Shown: positions 10,712 to 22,459 of the stretch, in pieces
Position numbering within the stretch: position 1 is the first letter of the stretch
Layout of the letters: every line of letters begins with the position of its first letter
Assembly (NCBI GenBank): GCA_047495785.1
Contig: JBLDXI010000008.1
Location: 1-64,000 of the forward strand
Length of the DNA: 64,000 bases
Direction: 5' to 3'
Source of the DNA: Lepidodermella squamata
Lineage: Eukaryota > Animalia > Gastrotricha
Position numbers and translations under genes: made by a program
The notes under the pieces: model-generated
Seen by the model: only the letters and a program-made list of their open reading frames with translations
What the model was told of the DNA's origin: nothing
The model's database searches: none

Positions 10712-13700
10712 TCAAGTAGATTCCGTTCCCCGCGACCTGAAGGCCAAAAGTTCCCGAATGAAGGCCCTCCAGTTAGACCGATCACAAGCTGTCTCCTCAA
10801 TTTTGTCCCAATTTAGACATTTTTCATTATAGACGCTTACAAAATTTTTGTAATTTTCAAGATTTTTTGCTTGCAATAAGCTTTGAGTGTTACAATAATC
10901 CCATCCTACCCTGGGCCTGCCTAACTTCCTTTGCCAGCCCTTGGGTGGGGTCCATAAGTACGTTTGCTTGACTAGGTTATCGTCATGCATTCTAAGAATA
11001 TGTCCTAAGAAACGTAGTCGGTTATGTTCTATTTGAGCTGAGATAGGTTCTATACCTTCACAGGTTTTTCTTATGTCAGCATTTCTGATTTTATCCATAA
11101 TTGTGACGTTGGCTATAGCCCTGAGCCACCTCATCTGCACAACATCCAGCCTCAGTTGGTGAGCTGCGGTTGCATTCCAACTTTCAGAAGCGTAGAGGAG
11201 TGTCGGAGTCATTACAGCTCGCTTGACCTTCATTTTTGAAGGGATACTGACTTGCGATTTATTATTTATGAATTTGTTTAATGCCCCGAAACAAGACCCG
11301 GCCTTTTGCATCCTCTCTTCTATTTCCAGAGTGCAAGTGCCGTCAGAGCTAATTATGCTTCCTAGATATTTAAAGGTATCTATTCTTTCCAGATTCTCCC
11401 CGTTTATTTTTAACGTGGAATCGTCAGGATTTTCGGGCGGTTTATCCGTTTCTTCGTTTTTAACCACCATATACTTGGTTTTGGCGACGTTAATTTTCAG
11501 TCCCAACTCTGTACAATTTTCCTCAAAAATTTGTAATAAATTAGCTATCTCTTTTTTGCTAGTTCCTATTAGCGTTCCGTCGTCAGCGAATGCTAGACTA
11601 TTTAACCGTTCTTTTCCTAGAGGAAAACCGCCATTTGCTATTGCTACTTGTTCGCATATAAGGTTGAAAGTTATAATGAATAAAAGCGGGGATAGTGGGC
11701 AGCCTTGTATGAGCCCCCGTCTTACGTAGAAAAAGGGTGATATTTGGTTTTCGATTTTTACTGCTACCTTATTGCTATGGTAGAAACTTTTTACTGCTTC
11801 TATCAGATCAGTCGGGATTTCGAATTTTTTCAGTGCGTCCCAGACTTTATCTCTATTTACGAGATCGTACGCTTTTTCCAGGTCTAAGAACACCAGGTGT
11901 AGCTCTCGATTATACTCAAGGGTTTTTTCTATAATTTGCCTAAGAATAAAAATACAGTCTCGTGTCCCTTTGCCTTTTTGGAAGCCAAATTGACGACTGG
12001 ACAATTTTCCTACCAAAAGGTCGCGTAATTTTCGCTCAAGAATTACAGCGTATAATTTACCTACAACGCTTAGTAGACTAATGCCGCGGTAATTTTCGCA
12101 TTTGCTTTTCGGCCCTTTATTTTTGTAAATGGGTGCAATTATCGCAGTGGACCAGTCTTCAGGTATGGTTTTAGTGTGCCAAGCTTCATTCATTAGTATA
12201 CTGAGCCACTCGATGCCCATTTCGTCGAGTACTTTAATCATTTCGGGTTTTATATCGTCAATGCCGCCGGCCTTTCCTGCTTTCATATGACCTAGCGCAT
12301 TCTTGATTTCTGCGTTAGTGATAGCCTTCAATTTATTGCCCATAAAAGGGTTTTTCGTTTGCACTAGAATTTGGTTTGTTATTGTAATTGTTTCCTCGCC
12401 GTCTAGCAGGTCTTTAAAATAGTTTCTTGCGATGTCCATAATTTTGTCTGGCTCGGTGTACATGGTACCATCTGTGTCCTGCAAAGCTTGGATATTTCGA
12501 TCATTTTTCGACTTACCCATCAATTTCTTAATTTTTTGCCAGAACTTTTGAATATTTTCCTGGTCCTTTACTTCATTTAAATCGCTTATTTCCTTCAGAT
12601 CTAATTCGTCTTTTTTTAATTTTAATTCCTTGATTTTTCGGTTTTTAAAATCGCGCGCTTCGTGATATTCTACTTCGCTTAGTTTGCCAAAGCAGAATTT
12701 TTTGTAAATTTCCCTTGTTTTGAAGATAACATTTTTGGCCTCAGGACACCACCATGATGGCTTAGGTGTTCGAAGACCTGGATTTCGCGTACCACAACAA
12801 AATTTTGCTGCTTGAATCAGGCCACTTTTCAGGTTGTGCCAAGTGACTTGTTTCGGATCTATAATTGTTCTCAGCTTGTCATTATATTCCCTAACAACTG
12901 GTTCTTCTTTTAATTTGTGAATTTTTATCACGCTTCGGCTTTCAGCCTTGCGTTCGCAAAATTTCAATTTCAGGGTCATTTTAACCAATCTGTGGTCAGT
13001 TTTGATGATCGGAAATTCATCTATTTCACACTTTTCTACTTTTTGAAAGTCACTATTTTCCATTAAAATATAGTCTATATAGGATTTCTTCTCGCCGTCT
13101 AGTGATTTCCGGTAGAAGGTAAAACCGCACGAAGGAAAATAGGTGTTCACAAATTTCAGATTGTTAGCTCTAGCGAAATCTGCCCAATGAGTGCCCTTCT
13201 GATTTTCTTCTCCGTAACCATGTGGGCCTATTGTTCTTGAAAAGTTGCTCCTTCCTACACGCGCATTTAAATCACCCATGATGATTGTAGTGGAGTTGGC
13301 TGCCAATAGCTTATTATACTCTAATTCCACATCGTCCACAAATTTTTGTGACGCTGTTAGATCGCCATCAGCTGGGGCGTAGACAACTATTAGGTGTAAT
13401 GTTTCTTGGTGGGCTTTTAGTGAAACTGTCATCATTCGGTCTGAAATATTATTTATTTTGTGTACAATGATTTCGGGAGAGTTTCTAATAACGACTCCGA
13501 CACCTCTCTGCGCTTCCTTTCCTCCAGAGTAATACATAGTGTGTTTACCGATTTCTAGCTCCCCGGAACCTGTCCTCCTGACCTCCTGGAGCCCCATTGC
13601 CAATAGATTATTGTAACGTTTCCAAAATATCAAAATCTTTTTCGTTAAATGTTCCTACATTTATTGTCCCGATTTTTTCGTATTTGAGTAATTCTGAATT

Positions 13701-13900
13701 CGTACAATTTTCGGCAGCTTGATTATGAATTTTCCTACCTTTACCTCTCCTTTTGGACCTTCTTCGCCAGGAGTAGACTCTTCTTGACTTCACGCTCTCG
13801 CTGATCTCCTTATCACGTCCGTAATCATTCCAGTTAGTTTTTCTCGTTACTTCTTCAGCTATCTCTTCTTCCAGAATCTCGAATCTGTTTTTCAGTAGTA
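10712..13900 (-). CDS. LINE A ORF2: apurinic-like endonuclease + reverse transcriptase (one frameshift near 13610)
   Basis: APE motifs IGTINV, GLQEV, MGDLNA, IDYIL, TDHRLV. RT motifs NYRGISLL, QFGF, DLEKAYD, QGCPLSP, FADD, KYLG. RTE-type C-terminus GRPR..W..DRSNWR. The N-terminal IGTINV segment (13608..13793 ORF) is in a different frame from the 973-aa ORF. Confidence 0.92.
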
Positions 13901-14791
13901 ACCCATCGGGGGGTAGCCGCCCATCTGTTGTTGCTGGGGAAACGGGGGTGGGTAGAAGTATTGCGGCATTTGTCGCCTCATACCCATCATCTCTTGTCTT
14001 GGTAGCCGTCCCATCCCGGGTCCAAAGCGTGGTGTTCTCAGCTGCTGCTCACTTCTGTCTCGAGGACTTGGACATTCTCGTTGGAGGTGCCCGTAGCCAT
14101 GACAGTTTGAACACTGACCCTTCTCGACTCGCTGTGTTGGTTTGAATACTTCTTTCTCCTTCTCTTCTTTTGCCGCCTCGTAGTTTGAATTTGGTTTGTT
14201 CTTTATCTCAAACTTGTCGATTGGCGACAGATATCTGCCAATTTCAACCTTCCCTTGATAGATGGATGCACCTTGAATTTCGAGACCTCGAATTCCTTCT
14301 CCCTCCATCTTGTTTTTCTCCTCGGTCACTGCTACCGTGACCTCTCCCATATGTGAAGTGAGCGGTTTCTCGGCCCTTAGAGGAGCCATCCAGCTCGTTC
14401 TCGCCAGTTCCAAGGCTGTTTTGACATTTCTTTTTCCATCTTCTAAGAAGCGGATTCTTTTGGCGTTGACATTGATGGTTTTTTCGACTTTCCAGGTCAC
14501 TTTCGGCAGGATTTGCTTCAGTGTTGCTTCTTGATCTGCGAAAGTTGATAGACCGGACGCGTCGATACAGTCTTCCAATAGAAACTTGTCTATAATGTGC
14601 TTCCTCCTTTCTTCTTCTTTCTTCTCCGCTTTATCTGCCATCTCTTCGACCAGACACATCATCAGTTCTTCAAGGATCGAATGGACATTTCCAAGCGATA
14701 TGCCATTCCTCTCCAGAAACCGGTTTATCTCCGCGTCGTTCATCTTCTTCATCTCCTCCATGAGAGCCTTTAGATGTTGCAGCGTCTTCAT
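13892..14791 (-). CDS. LINE A ORF1 (coiled-coil, putative RRM-like core, CCHC zinc knuckle, Pro/Gln/Met-rich tail)
   Basis: 299-aa ORF with CSNCHGYGHLQREC (CX2CX4HX4C), directly upstream of APE-RT and homologous to element B ORF1. Confidence 0.88.
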   Translation of the reverse strand: MKTLQHLKALMEEMKKMNDAEINRFLERNGISLGNVHSILEELMMCLVEEMADKAEKKEEERRKHIIDKFLLEDCIDASGLSTFADQEATLKQILPKVTWKVEKTINVNAKRIRFLEDGKRNVKTALELARTSWMAPLRAEKPLTSHMGEVTVAVTEEKNKMEGEGIRGLEIQGASIYQGKVEIGRYLSPIDKFEIKNKPNSNYEAAKEEKEKEVFKPTQRVEKGQCSNCHGYGHLQRECPSPRDRSEQQLRTPRFGPGMGRLPRQEMMGMRRQMPQYFYPPPFPQQQQMGGYPPMGYY

Positions 14792-17133
14792 GTCAATATT
14801 TTTTATAACAAAACCTCAGAAAACCTTAGAATTCGAAAATCGATACGCAGATATTAAATAAATAAATACTAAAAATGTTTACAATTTTTTTTGCCACTTT
14901 TCTGTCTGCACTTATTACAACGATCTCAATTTCGACGACCTCCACCCTGCGGTTGGCGGAGTTCGTGACGGGGGAACCTAACGCGGTCAGTGGTTGTGTG
15001 GGTTGATGTTATCGGGAGGGTGACTATCTATGGAATCGATCAATTCGATCTATGCATCCAGGATCCAGGGTCTGCGAGAGAGCAGTTGAGAGAGTAGTTA
15101 TAGATAATAAGGGCAAAGAAAACAAGAGAAGTTGGGGTCATTTGTGGTTCGTCCAGTGCTCGGTGAACACTGTTGAGTACACTGTTAGAGTCGAGTCGAG
15201 TTGAGCTCCTCACTTGAACCTGACTGCAAACTTGCCTGGTCTCTACCCAGTAACTCTAACTTGAATTCAATTGGAAGACTCAATTGGAAGGTTAGTGCAA
15301 GTAGCGGCGGTATGAGTCGTGAATCGCAAGGGCAATAGGCCGTCAAAACAGCGATCTGCAATATGCCAGAATAAGAGCGCAGTTGCATTGAATCATAATA
15401 TAATTGGTCGAAACAGCGCCATCGATGCCCATTTTAGTTGTTTCAACTATGCACATGCGAGCACAACGAGCAACAACCCTCCATCGCCTCCCCTGTTAGA
15501 AACAGGAGATACATAGCAATAAATATTCTTTCCGATCAAGCCATTTTAAATCAACAGCTGAGATGATAGCACTACTCTTATTGCCTCGTTAAACGTCAAA
15601 CAAGGGCATGAGACCTCGAAACTCTCCATGTTCTGATCAAGCTTCAATCTCAAATCTCAGAGTGGCTTACGAAGCAACTCCGCGGAATTCCTCTGCGACA
15701 GTCCATCAAGAATGACAGATTCCCCAAAGGATAGCAGAACTTTTTGGCTCACTAACCGAGGTGCTGTTGTTGTGACATTACCTCACTCATCATTTGGTAC
15801 TTGTTTGTCAATGTAAAGGCGCGCTGCTTTCCTCTCTTATAAAGAGACGAAGCGATTCTCTCGCGAATAAGGATTAAGAATAAAGATTGGAATAGCTGGA
15901 ATAGCTTGGTTAGGAATAGCTGTGTAATTTTTCATTCGGTACTTATCGTCTGATTTTAATTTAGCATTAGTGTTTAGCATTAATGCAATCTTGAAGCTTG
16001 TAATAACTTGATTTTACATGAAATGAAGGGAACGAAGCGGCATTAGAAGCTCAAATGTGCTGGGTTTGAAAAGTTAATACCACTTGAAATTAATTTCCAT
16101 ACATAAATTGCCAAATGAATTGCATGCTACTGATGCACGCTGACACAACCGGGCGATGCGGGAGCGGATGATCCGCGAGTTGGATGGCACTGCAGATGCC
16201 GCTTCATCTTGCGTCGACTAAAGTCAGCCAAGAATGGCACAGCCTGGCCTAAGGTAATATAACCGTAGTTTTAGTGAACACCATCACTAACGCTCCAATC
16301 AAGGAGTTTTACAGCCAACTTTACAGCTAACAAGCCTTTTGGCCTCAGCGATTTGTTTCTTAGATGAAAGCTTGTTGTCAATCGTTAAGCCCAGAGTGAC
16401 TAAAGCATTTTTATTTGTAGGAGTATTGGCGACTGGCGATACCGTGGACCGTGCAGTGCAGATACCGTGGGAAATGGAGAATGAGAAACTTTGAGAAAGT
16501 CATTTTCGACTTATAACATGCATAACGTCATTGATTTAAGAATCTTTTATTCTTTCAATTTGCGTTGCAACAATTTATAATTGATATCACAGTGTCCCGG
16601 CATTCGGGCACCCATGATGCCGGACCCTTTTCCCCTTGAGCCTACAATTCAAGACCAGCGTTGGATTTCGCTAGCTGGTAGACGAAACGTTCACGCTGGC
16701 CTGGTAGATCTGCGCGGTTTAGCCCCTGACCTGCTCATCGCTCATCTCACAGAGAGAGAAGCCGCAAGGGAATTATGTCAGAGACCACAGCTGAAAAACT
16801 CAACAAAAACTAAACTAAACTTTATTGGCGTGCAAGCATCATCTACATGATTGTAACCCTGGGACAAGAATGTAGCACATGGTAAGGCATATTTATCAAA
16901 AGCACTCAAGTGTTTATCTAGTGGCTATTGCTGGCGAAAGGCTGAGAATGTCGGATCACAGAGCCGTATATAGGGTGTTAACCAGAGGATGTCGCAGATC
17001 TACGGGTATTGCTGTCCGTGTTGGCGTCAATCTTTTGCACCATAGAGCTTTTGCACCGTGCGACACCGCAAGCTCCATTGCCAGCAAACCGACTTTGACG
17101 AGTGTCGTGCGGTTTCGCTTGGTTACTGCTGAC

Positions 17134-17860
17134 CAGGGCCGGATTAACGCATATGCACAGAGAGCACGTGCCCAGGGGCCGCCAGTCAAAAAGGGCCGCC
17201 AGAAAGTGGTGAAATGTTCACTTTTACTAAACATTCCCGGAAGATTTTTGGGCCTTTATTAGGTCGTTATGCTTTGCAATTGAGAGCCTTTCCAAGCATC
17301 CGGATCAGACTATTTTTTTAATTTTGCTTGAATTTTGATCGCTTCGCTCGCTAGTTCATCAACTATTGTACAATTTATTTCATCATTTCTACCCCTATTC
17401 AATTCATTTTGAACAAGCGTAAAACTCAATGAAGCCTGAACCTTGCCTCAATGTTTTCCGAGTTTACCGAGTTTATTAGAATGAAACAGGAAAAGCAAGG
17501 ATTTTTCTGCATGAGAAAAACGATTTTCAGGAATATTCTTGGAAAATTTCTCGCTTCGCTCCTGGTAAGGTGACAACATTCCAAAGTTGCGGTTATTTTG
17601 TTGGAAAATCGAAAGCACTTATTAACATCAACTCCAGCTATGTGAGCAATGTTAGGTGGCTTGCAGCAACAGAATACCAAAGCAAAATTAAATTACAAAA
17701 GGAATTTTTGCTTTTGAATCTCTATTCCATCAGGAAATTGAGAAAATTGACGTTAGTCACGGTTGCAGGTATGAAAACCTAGTTTTAGCGGAAAAATATG
17801 AAGAGTAGGGCCGCCAACCAGGAAGTGCCCAGGGGCCACCCGAATGTTAATCCGGCCCTG
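17134..17860. mobile_element. Non-autonomous hAT-type element (727 bp)
   Basis: Perfect 15-bp TIR CAGGGCCGGATTAAC / GTTAATCCGGCCCTG; perfect 8-bp TSD CTGCTGAC (17126-17133, 17861-17868). Confidence 0.93.
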
Positions 17861-17993
17861 CTGCTGACCGAGATGATTGGGTGATCTTGACAAGGATCGA
17901 CGACCGAGTGTATTGCTGTCACCCAGCCGGAGCAGTAGGGGTTAAGTGCTCTGCTTAGTTACACACGCGCCAAGACTTGAAGGCGAACCACTG

Positions 17994-18560
17994 TATCAAT
18001 CAATCAATCAATCAATCATTTTATTATTTCTTATTCGAAAATGAAAATAATGCACCAATGTTATAATAAGTTTTATACAGTAAACAAATTCGAACACGAG
18101 GACGCTAGGCACCCAAGATCAAGATTTACACCTTCTTAACACCTAATGATATGAATGGCACAACTTCATATTCTATTAATAATCATAACAACATTCATGT
18201 TTTCTTTTTTCAAATACTTCAGCTAATATTTTAACAACAACTTCAGTTTTTCTTTAAAGAATATACAGGAGGACTCTAGGGATAGATCACCGGGAAGATT
18301 GTTCCACCAGGCAATAACTTGGAACGCAAAGGATCCGCGGAATGCAGCCAAGTAGCAGATAACAGTAGCAGATTTACTCCATGATGACTTGATTATCCTC
18401 AGCCGCGTCTGAACACGTAATGTAAAGCGCAGTACATATGGAGGTCTGAAGGTACAATCAGATCAGTTTTGCATACACAAGAGGCGTGCGATACTAAATT
18501 TCAAAGCATTGGGAGATCAAGAAACTTCAGGATAATCTTATTTTGCAATTCATCTTCAGA
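17994..18560 (-). mobile_element. 5'-truncated L2/CR1-type LINE 3' end with (GATT)n tail
   Basis: Minus strand encodes SFAFQVIAWWNNLPGDLSLESSCIFFKEKLKLLL* (WN.LP...FK..LK motif), followed by AATAAAA(TGAT)n at ~17994-18027. Confidence 0.8.
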
Positions 18561-18903
18561 GGTGGACAGCGGCAACCAAAAGCGAGACTAAAAGCGACAC
18601 CTGTTGATGATTTGGCCTGTTGCCAGGGAGCAGAAATCACTAAGATTAGCTCCAGATTTTAAATCGCGCGCTCGAAAAAATTCATTCGACCGCCTGAATT
18701 ACAAAAATAAAATTATAGCAAAATATTTTTTATCTTTAAATATTGACCTTTACAACGCTGGCCATTTTTCACATTAATAAAGCTTCAGACCGACACACGA
18801 AAACCGCGTCTACAACGGGGGTTCCCCCCGTCACACGTCTCTCCAAGGCAGGAACAATAGCCTCACTGACCTCGTTAGCGCTATAACCCAGTTTCGACTG
18901 AAA

Positions 18904-19576
18904 TTGGAAATGTTGATCACATGTCTGGAGAGCGAACCAATCGATTTGACGCATTTCCCCACAGTCACTGAGGTGGGAGAGGAATACGCCCAAAGCAACA
19001 AAGAGCTTTACATTACGTGCCTGAAATCGGTATCATCCGAGTTTAATCGTCGTTTCAACACAGACGATTTTCAACGTCTTCGCCTCTATTGTCGAGTTAT
19101 GACTAGTCCACTTTGCCTGAACAACGACGACATGAAAGTACTTATCGACATGTTGCAACTTTCAAAGGCTGGGCTGCAGAACGATTTAATCAAAATGAAA
19201 TCCGCCAAAGATCTGGCTACTGGTAACCAGTTAGTTTCCATGAAAGAGGTGGCTAACGCCGAACACCCTACTTTGCGCCTTGCCTATTCTAAATTAGCAA
19301 CTTTCTTTGCCACGACTTACGATTGCGAAGCGACATTTTCCGTCTTGAAGTTCATCAAATCGCCGCATCGAACAAGAATGACTGATGAACTGTTGGACGC
19401 TTCGCTGAGATGCGCAGTTGGTGATCGGCCAGATTTGATGGAGATCTACAGAAAAACGATATCCAAACCCCACTCGTCTCATTGAATGATAGCTTCGAAA
19501 TTTGAGCGATGTGTTGTGAGCTCCGTTGTGAAGGAACCATGATGTTCAGGGTGATGTTCCCGCGTGCGAACCACTG
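18904..19576 (+). mobile_element. hAT (Charlie/GTF2IRD2-like) transposase C-terminal remnant with probable 3' TIR
   Basis: FATTYDCEATFSVLKFIKSPHRTRMTDELLDASLR is the hAT dimerisation motif; GCGAACCACTG at 19566-19576 resembles a hAT terminus. Confidence 0.8.
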
Positions 19577-20589
19577 GTTTATTAGTTGTTTAATATGCGT
19601 CGTACATGATGCGAATTATTATTATTTATTATTATGGATTTTATCATTATTATTATTATTATTAATATGGATTTTATTATATCCATAAAAAATCGAAAAT
19701 GAGATTTTTACTGTTTCGGGCTCAGAATTTAACGCCCGTTATTATTCTGAAAACCGCATCTCAAAATTCGCCAGGGATCAAAAGTATTATATCCACTTTC
19801 CTGCCTTTTTTTACTAGGTCACTTTATCGGCAGAATCAACAGTATTATCTCCATGGCATGAGTTCGAAAGGGCACAAAAAGTATTATATCCAGCAAAAAA
19901 TCACTCAATCGCGAGCAAAATGGTGATGAAAAAATCGCCAAAATGTGAATGCCTGCATGAGGAATCGAACCACAACAGTGCGATTGTCGATGCCAAACAA
20001 AAAATAACCCTCTTTGTCCACGCTTAAAAAGAAAAATCGGCAAAAAGGGATGCAAGCACGGGGACTCGAACCACTCTATGTAAAAACACCATAACACAAA
20101 AACAAAAAAGTACGAAACAGTATTATACCCAATATATGTCTCGATAGCGCAAAAACGGTGCATCACCGGTAAACATGGTCGGCGCCATTCGTGATTAACA
20201 ACCCCCATGTTCGACATAGTGACATATTTTACTGAACATTTCGAAAATAAATATGCTTTGTTCGATGTATCTCAAAATTATTTCTCTTGGATATAATCCT
20301 TTTGGCCGCACCGACGACGAGATACGATTACTTTACTAGTAAGATGAATCTTCTCTCGATGTAGATCACATCTACATTTACTCTACTTCAACATACATAA
20401 ATTCCGGCTTTTTTTCCTTGGGGCGTCCAACTGAAAAATCAAAAACCCCGGGAGCAGCATTACAATTGTGTTGCTAACGTAAACAAATTCTTCATGTAAA
20501 TGAAAAATTATCATTTAAAAAATTTTGATTTGTCGAAAAATAATTTTTAAACAAATAAAATCAACGGGATCCATAAAAAGCTGCTAGTA

Positions 20590-20638
20590 GCGAGGGATTG
20601 CTCTTATCGGGGTTGCTTATATCGAGGGAGCACTGTAT
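20590..20638 (-). mobile_element. Solo pogo/Tigger-like terminal inverted repeat
   Basis: Reverse complement reads TA|CAGTGCTCCCTCGATATAAG..., typical of Tc1/pogo ends; partner TIR not found. Confidence 0.4.
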
Positions 20639-20896
20639 TACTGTGTAACAACCAATCGGACCGAGTGTAACAACCAAAGTCGAAGTAACGTCCGGGAAAG
20701 CCCGTCGTATCGTCATATTTAGGAGGCTTCGGAGCCCCTCGGAGCGGAAGATTCCAACAAATTGTCTTGCTTCGCTAGTTATATTATACAAATAACGTGT
20801 TATTTTCACCGATGCAGCACACAGCTTTTCGAACGAAGTTGATACCAACAAATCTCATCATTCTCATTCTCCAACAAATCGTTTGCTTCAAAAAAC

Positions 20897-21052
20897 CAGT
20901 GCTCCGAGTATGGGGGGAAGGGGGTAAACAAACCCCCCTGGCATTCGAAAATTTCTGAAAAACGTAAGGGTGTCCCTCCTGTTGATTTGCTAATTTTGGG
21001 CTCAAAATGGCTCTATTTACCCCCCTCAGAGCTGGACCTAGTCGGATCACTG
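20897..21052. mobile_element. hAT-type MITE (~156 bp), copy 1
   Basis: TIR CAGTGCTCCGAGT / AGTCGGATCACTG; perfect 8-bp TSD CAAAAAAC; similar to 23963-24119. Confidence 0.85.
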
Positions 21053-21138
21053 CAAAAAACCCTACGAAACATCATAGACCCATTTTTATTCCCCGCAAGT
21101 CAGGAAGATGAAAAATCCAGATAAAATCATATTTATTT

Positions 21139-22203
21139 TCACAGATCAAACCCTAACTGTGCCGCGTAAAGTTTGAGTAATAAATTAACAGTTTTCTCAT
21201 TTTCGCGGTCCTTCGCAATTTCCATCGCTGTTTTGTTGTCGCTTCGACGTGCGGTCATCGAAGCGCCCTTTTGAGCTAGAAACTCGACTACGGCAACATT
21301 GCCCCGATCAGCAGCTAGCATGAGCGAGGTCCAGTTATCGAGCCCTAGCCATTTTCTCTTGGTCTCAATGTTGAAGATGTCGTAATTCAACAGATTTTTC
21401 AGGCAATCTACCAATCCCCAGTAAGCTGCTGAGTGAAGGACAGACCAATTGCCAAGTTTTGCGATTCCAGTCGCGAAGTCTTCAAATGTGAAATTCGGAA
21501 CGATTCGAGATTTTTCGAGTTCTAAGGCAGCTTCTAACAGGAATTTTGCGACTTTCGGAGCGCCTTTACGGCAGCATGTGAACATCAAAGCGTTTTGGCC
21601 TTCTTCCCAGTGGTAGAAATCGGAAATCGTTCCCAGGCCGTGCGTTTTGCTGTCGTAACGAGCTGGCAATAGATGAGAGCTTCGAATGTTGGCAAAATTT
21701 TCTAATGGCAGTTGGTTGAGGTCATCCGAGCTAGAGAGGATGAATTTTGGCTCGACTAACATTCGCCTTACTTCATCCAGCTTCCCTTCATAACAAGCCT
21801 CAAAAAAATCCTAGAATATAGAGGAATTATTTATTAATTCAGGACAAAATAGCGATAAACTTGCTTTTTGACGCTTATAGAACAGCTCGACGGCTGAAAC
21901 TCGCTTCACCTCGATAGGCTCTGAATTCTCCTCGGCAGCTTGAGTTTGCTGTTGGTAAAAATTCTCTAGCAGTTCATCTGGCAGTAAGCCATTGCCATCT
22001 GGCGAAAAAGGATCCATTCCGTAGTCTTCGATGAGAATTGTTACTACATCTGTTTTGCCGTACGCCGCTGCGACATGAAGAGGCGTTGTTTGTTTGAAAT
22101 TCGCGAAATCGATGCGAGTCGTTAAGATTTTGAGCCATTCTTTGTCTTGCAGTACTGATGGTATATCAGGTAGATCCCCCGTAGCTGCAGCTTCGAAAAT
22201 ACG
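21139..22203 (-). CDS. Ankyrin-repeat protein (last two exons 22203-21865 and 21810-21139; 5' exon possibly ~24388-24637)
   Basis: TPLHVAAAYG, SVLHSAAYWG, TSLMLAADRGNVAVVEFL, TAMEIA repeats; phase-0 splice junctions. Confidence 0.8.
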
Positions 22204-22425
22204 CTAAACAGAAACCATAAACATTGCAAAATTAGGGCTCCCTGGAATTAGCATGGGTGGAGAATTTATCTGGTTTACACAGCGAAAAAAGCACGGAGTC
22301 CGGCGCCAGACCCGATATTTTATCTAACAAGGGGGCTTGTATCAAGGTCGCCGTACATTTATTACGAAAAAGTCTAAAACTGGCACCATCTGAGACGCTA
22401 ATCCTTTCCGATCGTAAACTGCCCT

Positions 22426-22459
22426 CATAGATATTATTCAGTACTGAATTATATCTATG
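22426..22459. mobile_element. 34-bp palindromic TIR-only element with 8-bp TSD (P-superfamily-like footprint)
   Basis: CATAGATATTATTCAGT|ACTGAATTATATCTATG flanked by ACTGCCCT on both sides. Confidence 0.75.

Larger units (their letters stand above)
5777..11299. repeat. Right arm of inverted duplication; unique 250-bp spacer 5527-5776
   Basis: Starts AATTGAGAAAAATTATCC at 5777, the reverse complement of the left arm end. Match continues to ...GCCCCGAAACAAGACCC ~11299. Confidence 0.97.
10567..14857 (-). mobile_element. Full-length non-LTR retrotransposon 'A' (RTE-like APE-RT ORF2 plus ORF1), (TTTA)n tail
   Basis: Short 5' UTR, ORF1 14791-13892, APE-RT ORF2, 3' stem-loop and ~20 TTTA units at 10567-10652. 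Confidence 0.93.

Noticed and set aside
14900-17130. Degenerate LINE ORF1 or 3' fragments
   Set aside because: Short interrupted frames with no diagnostic motif I can support.
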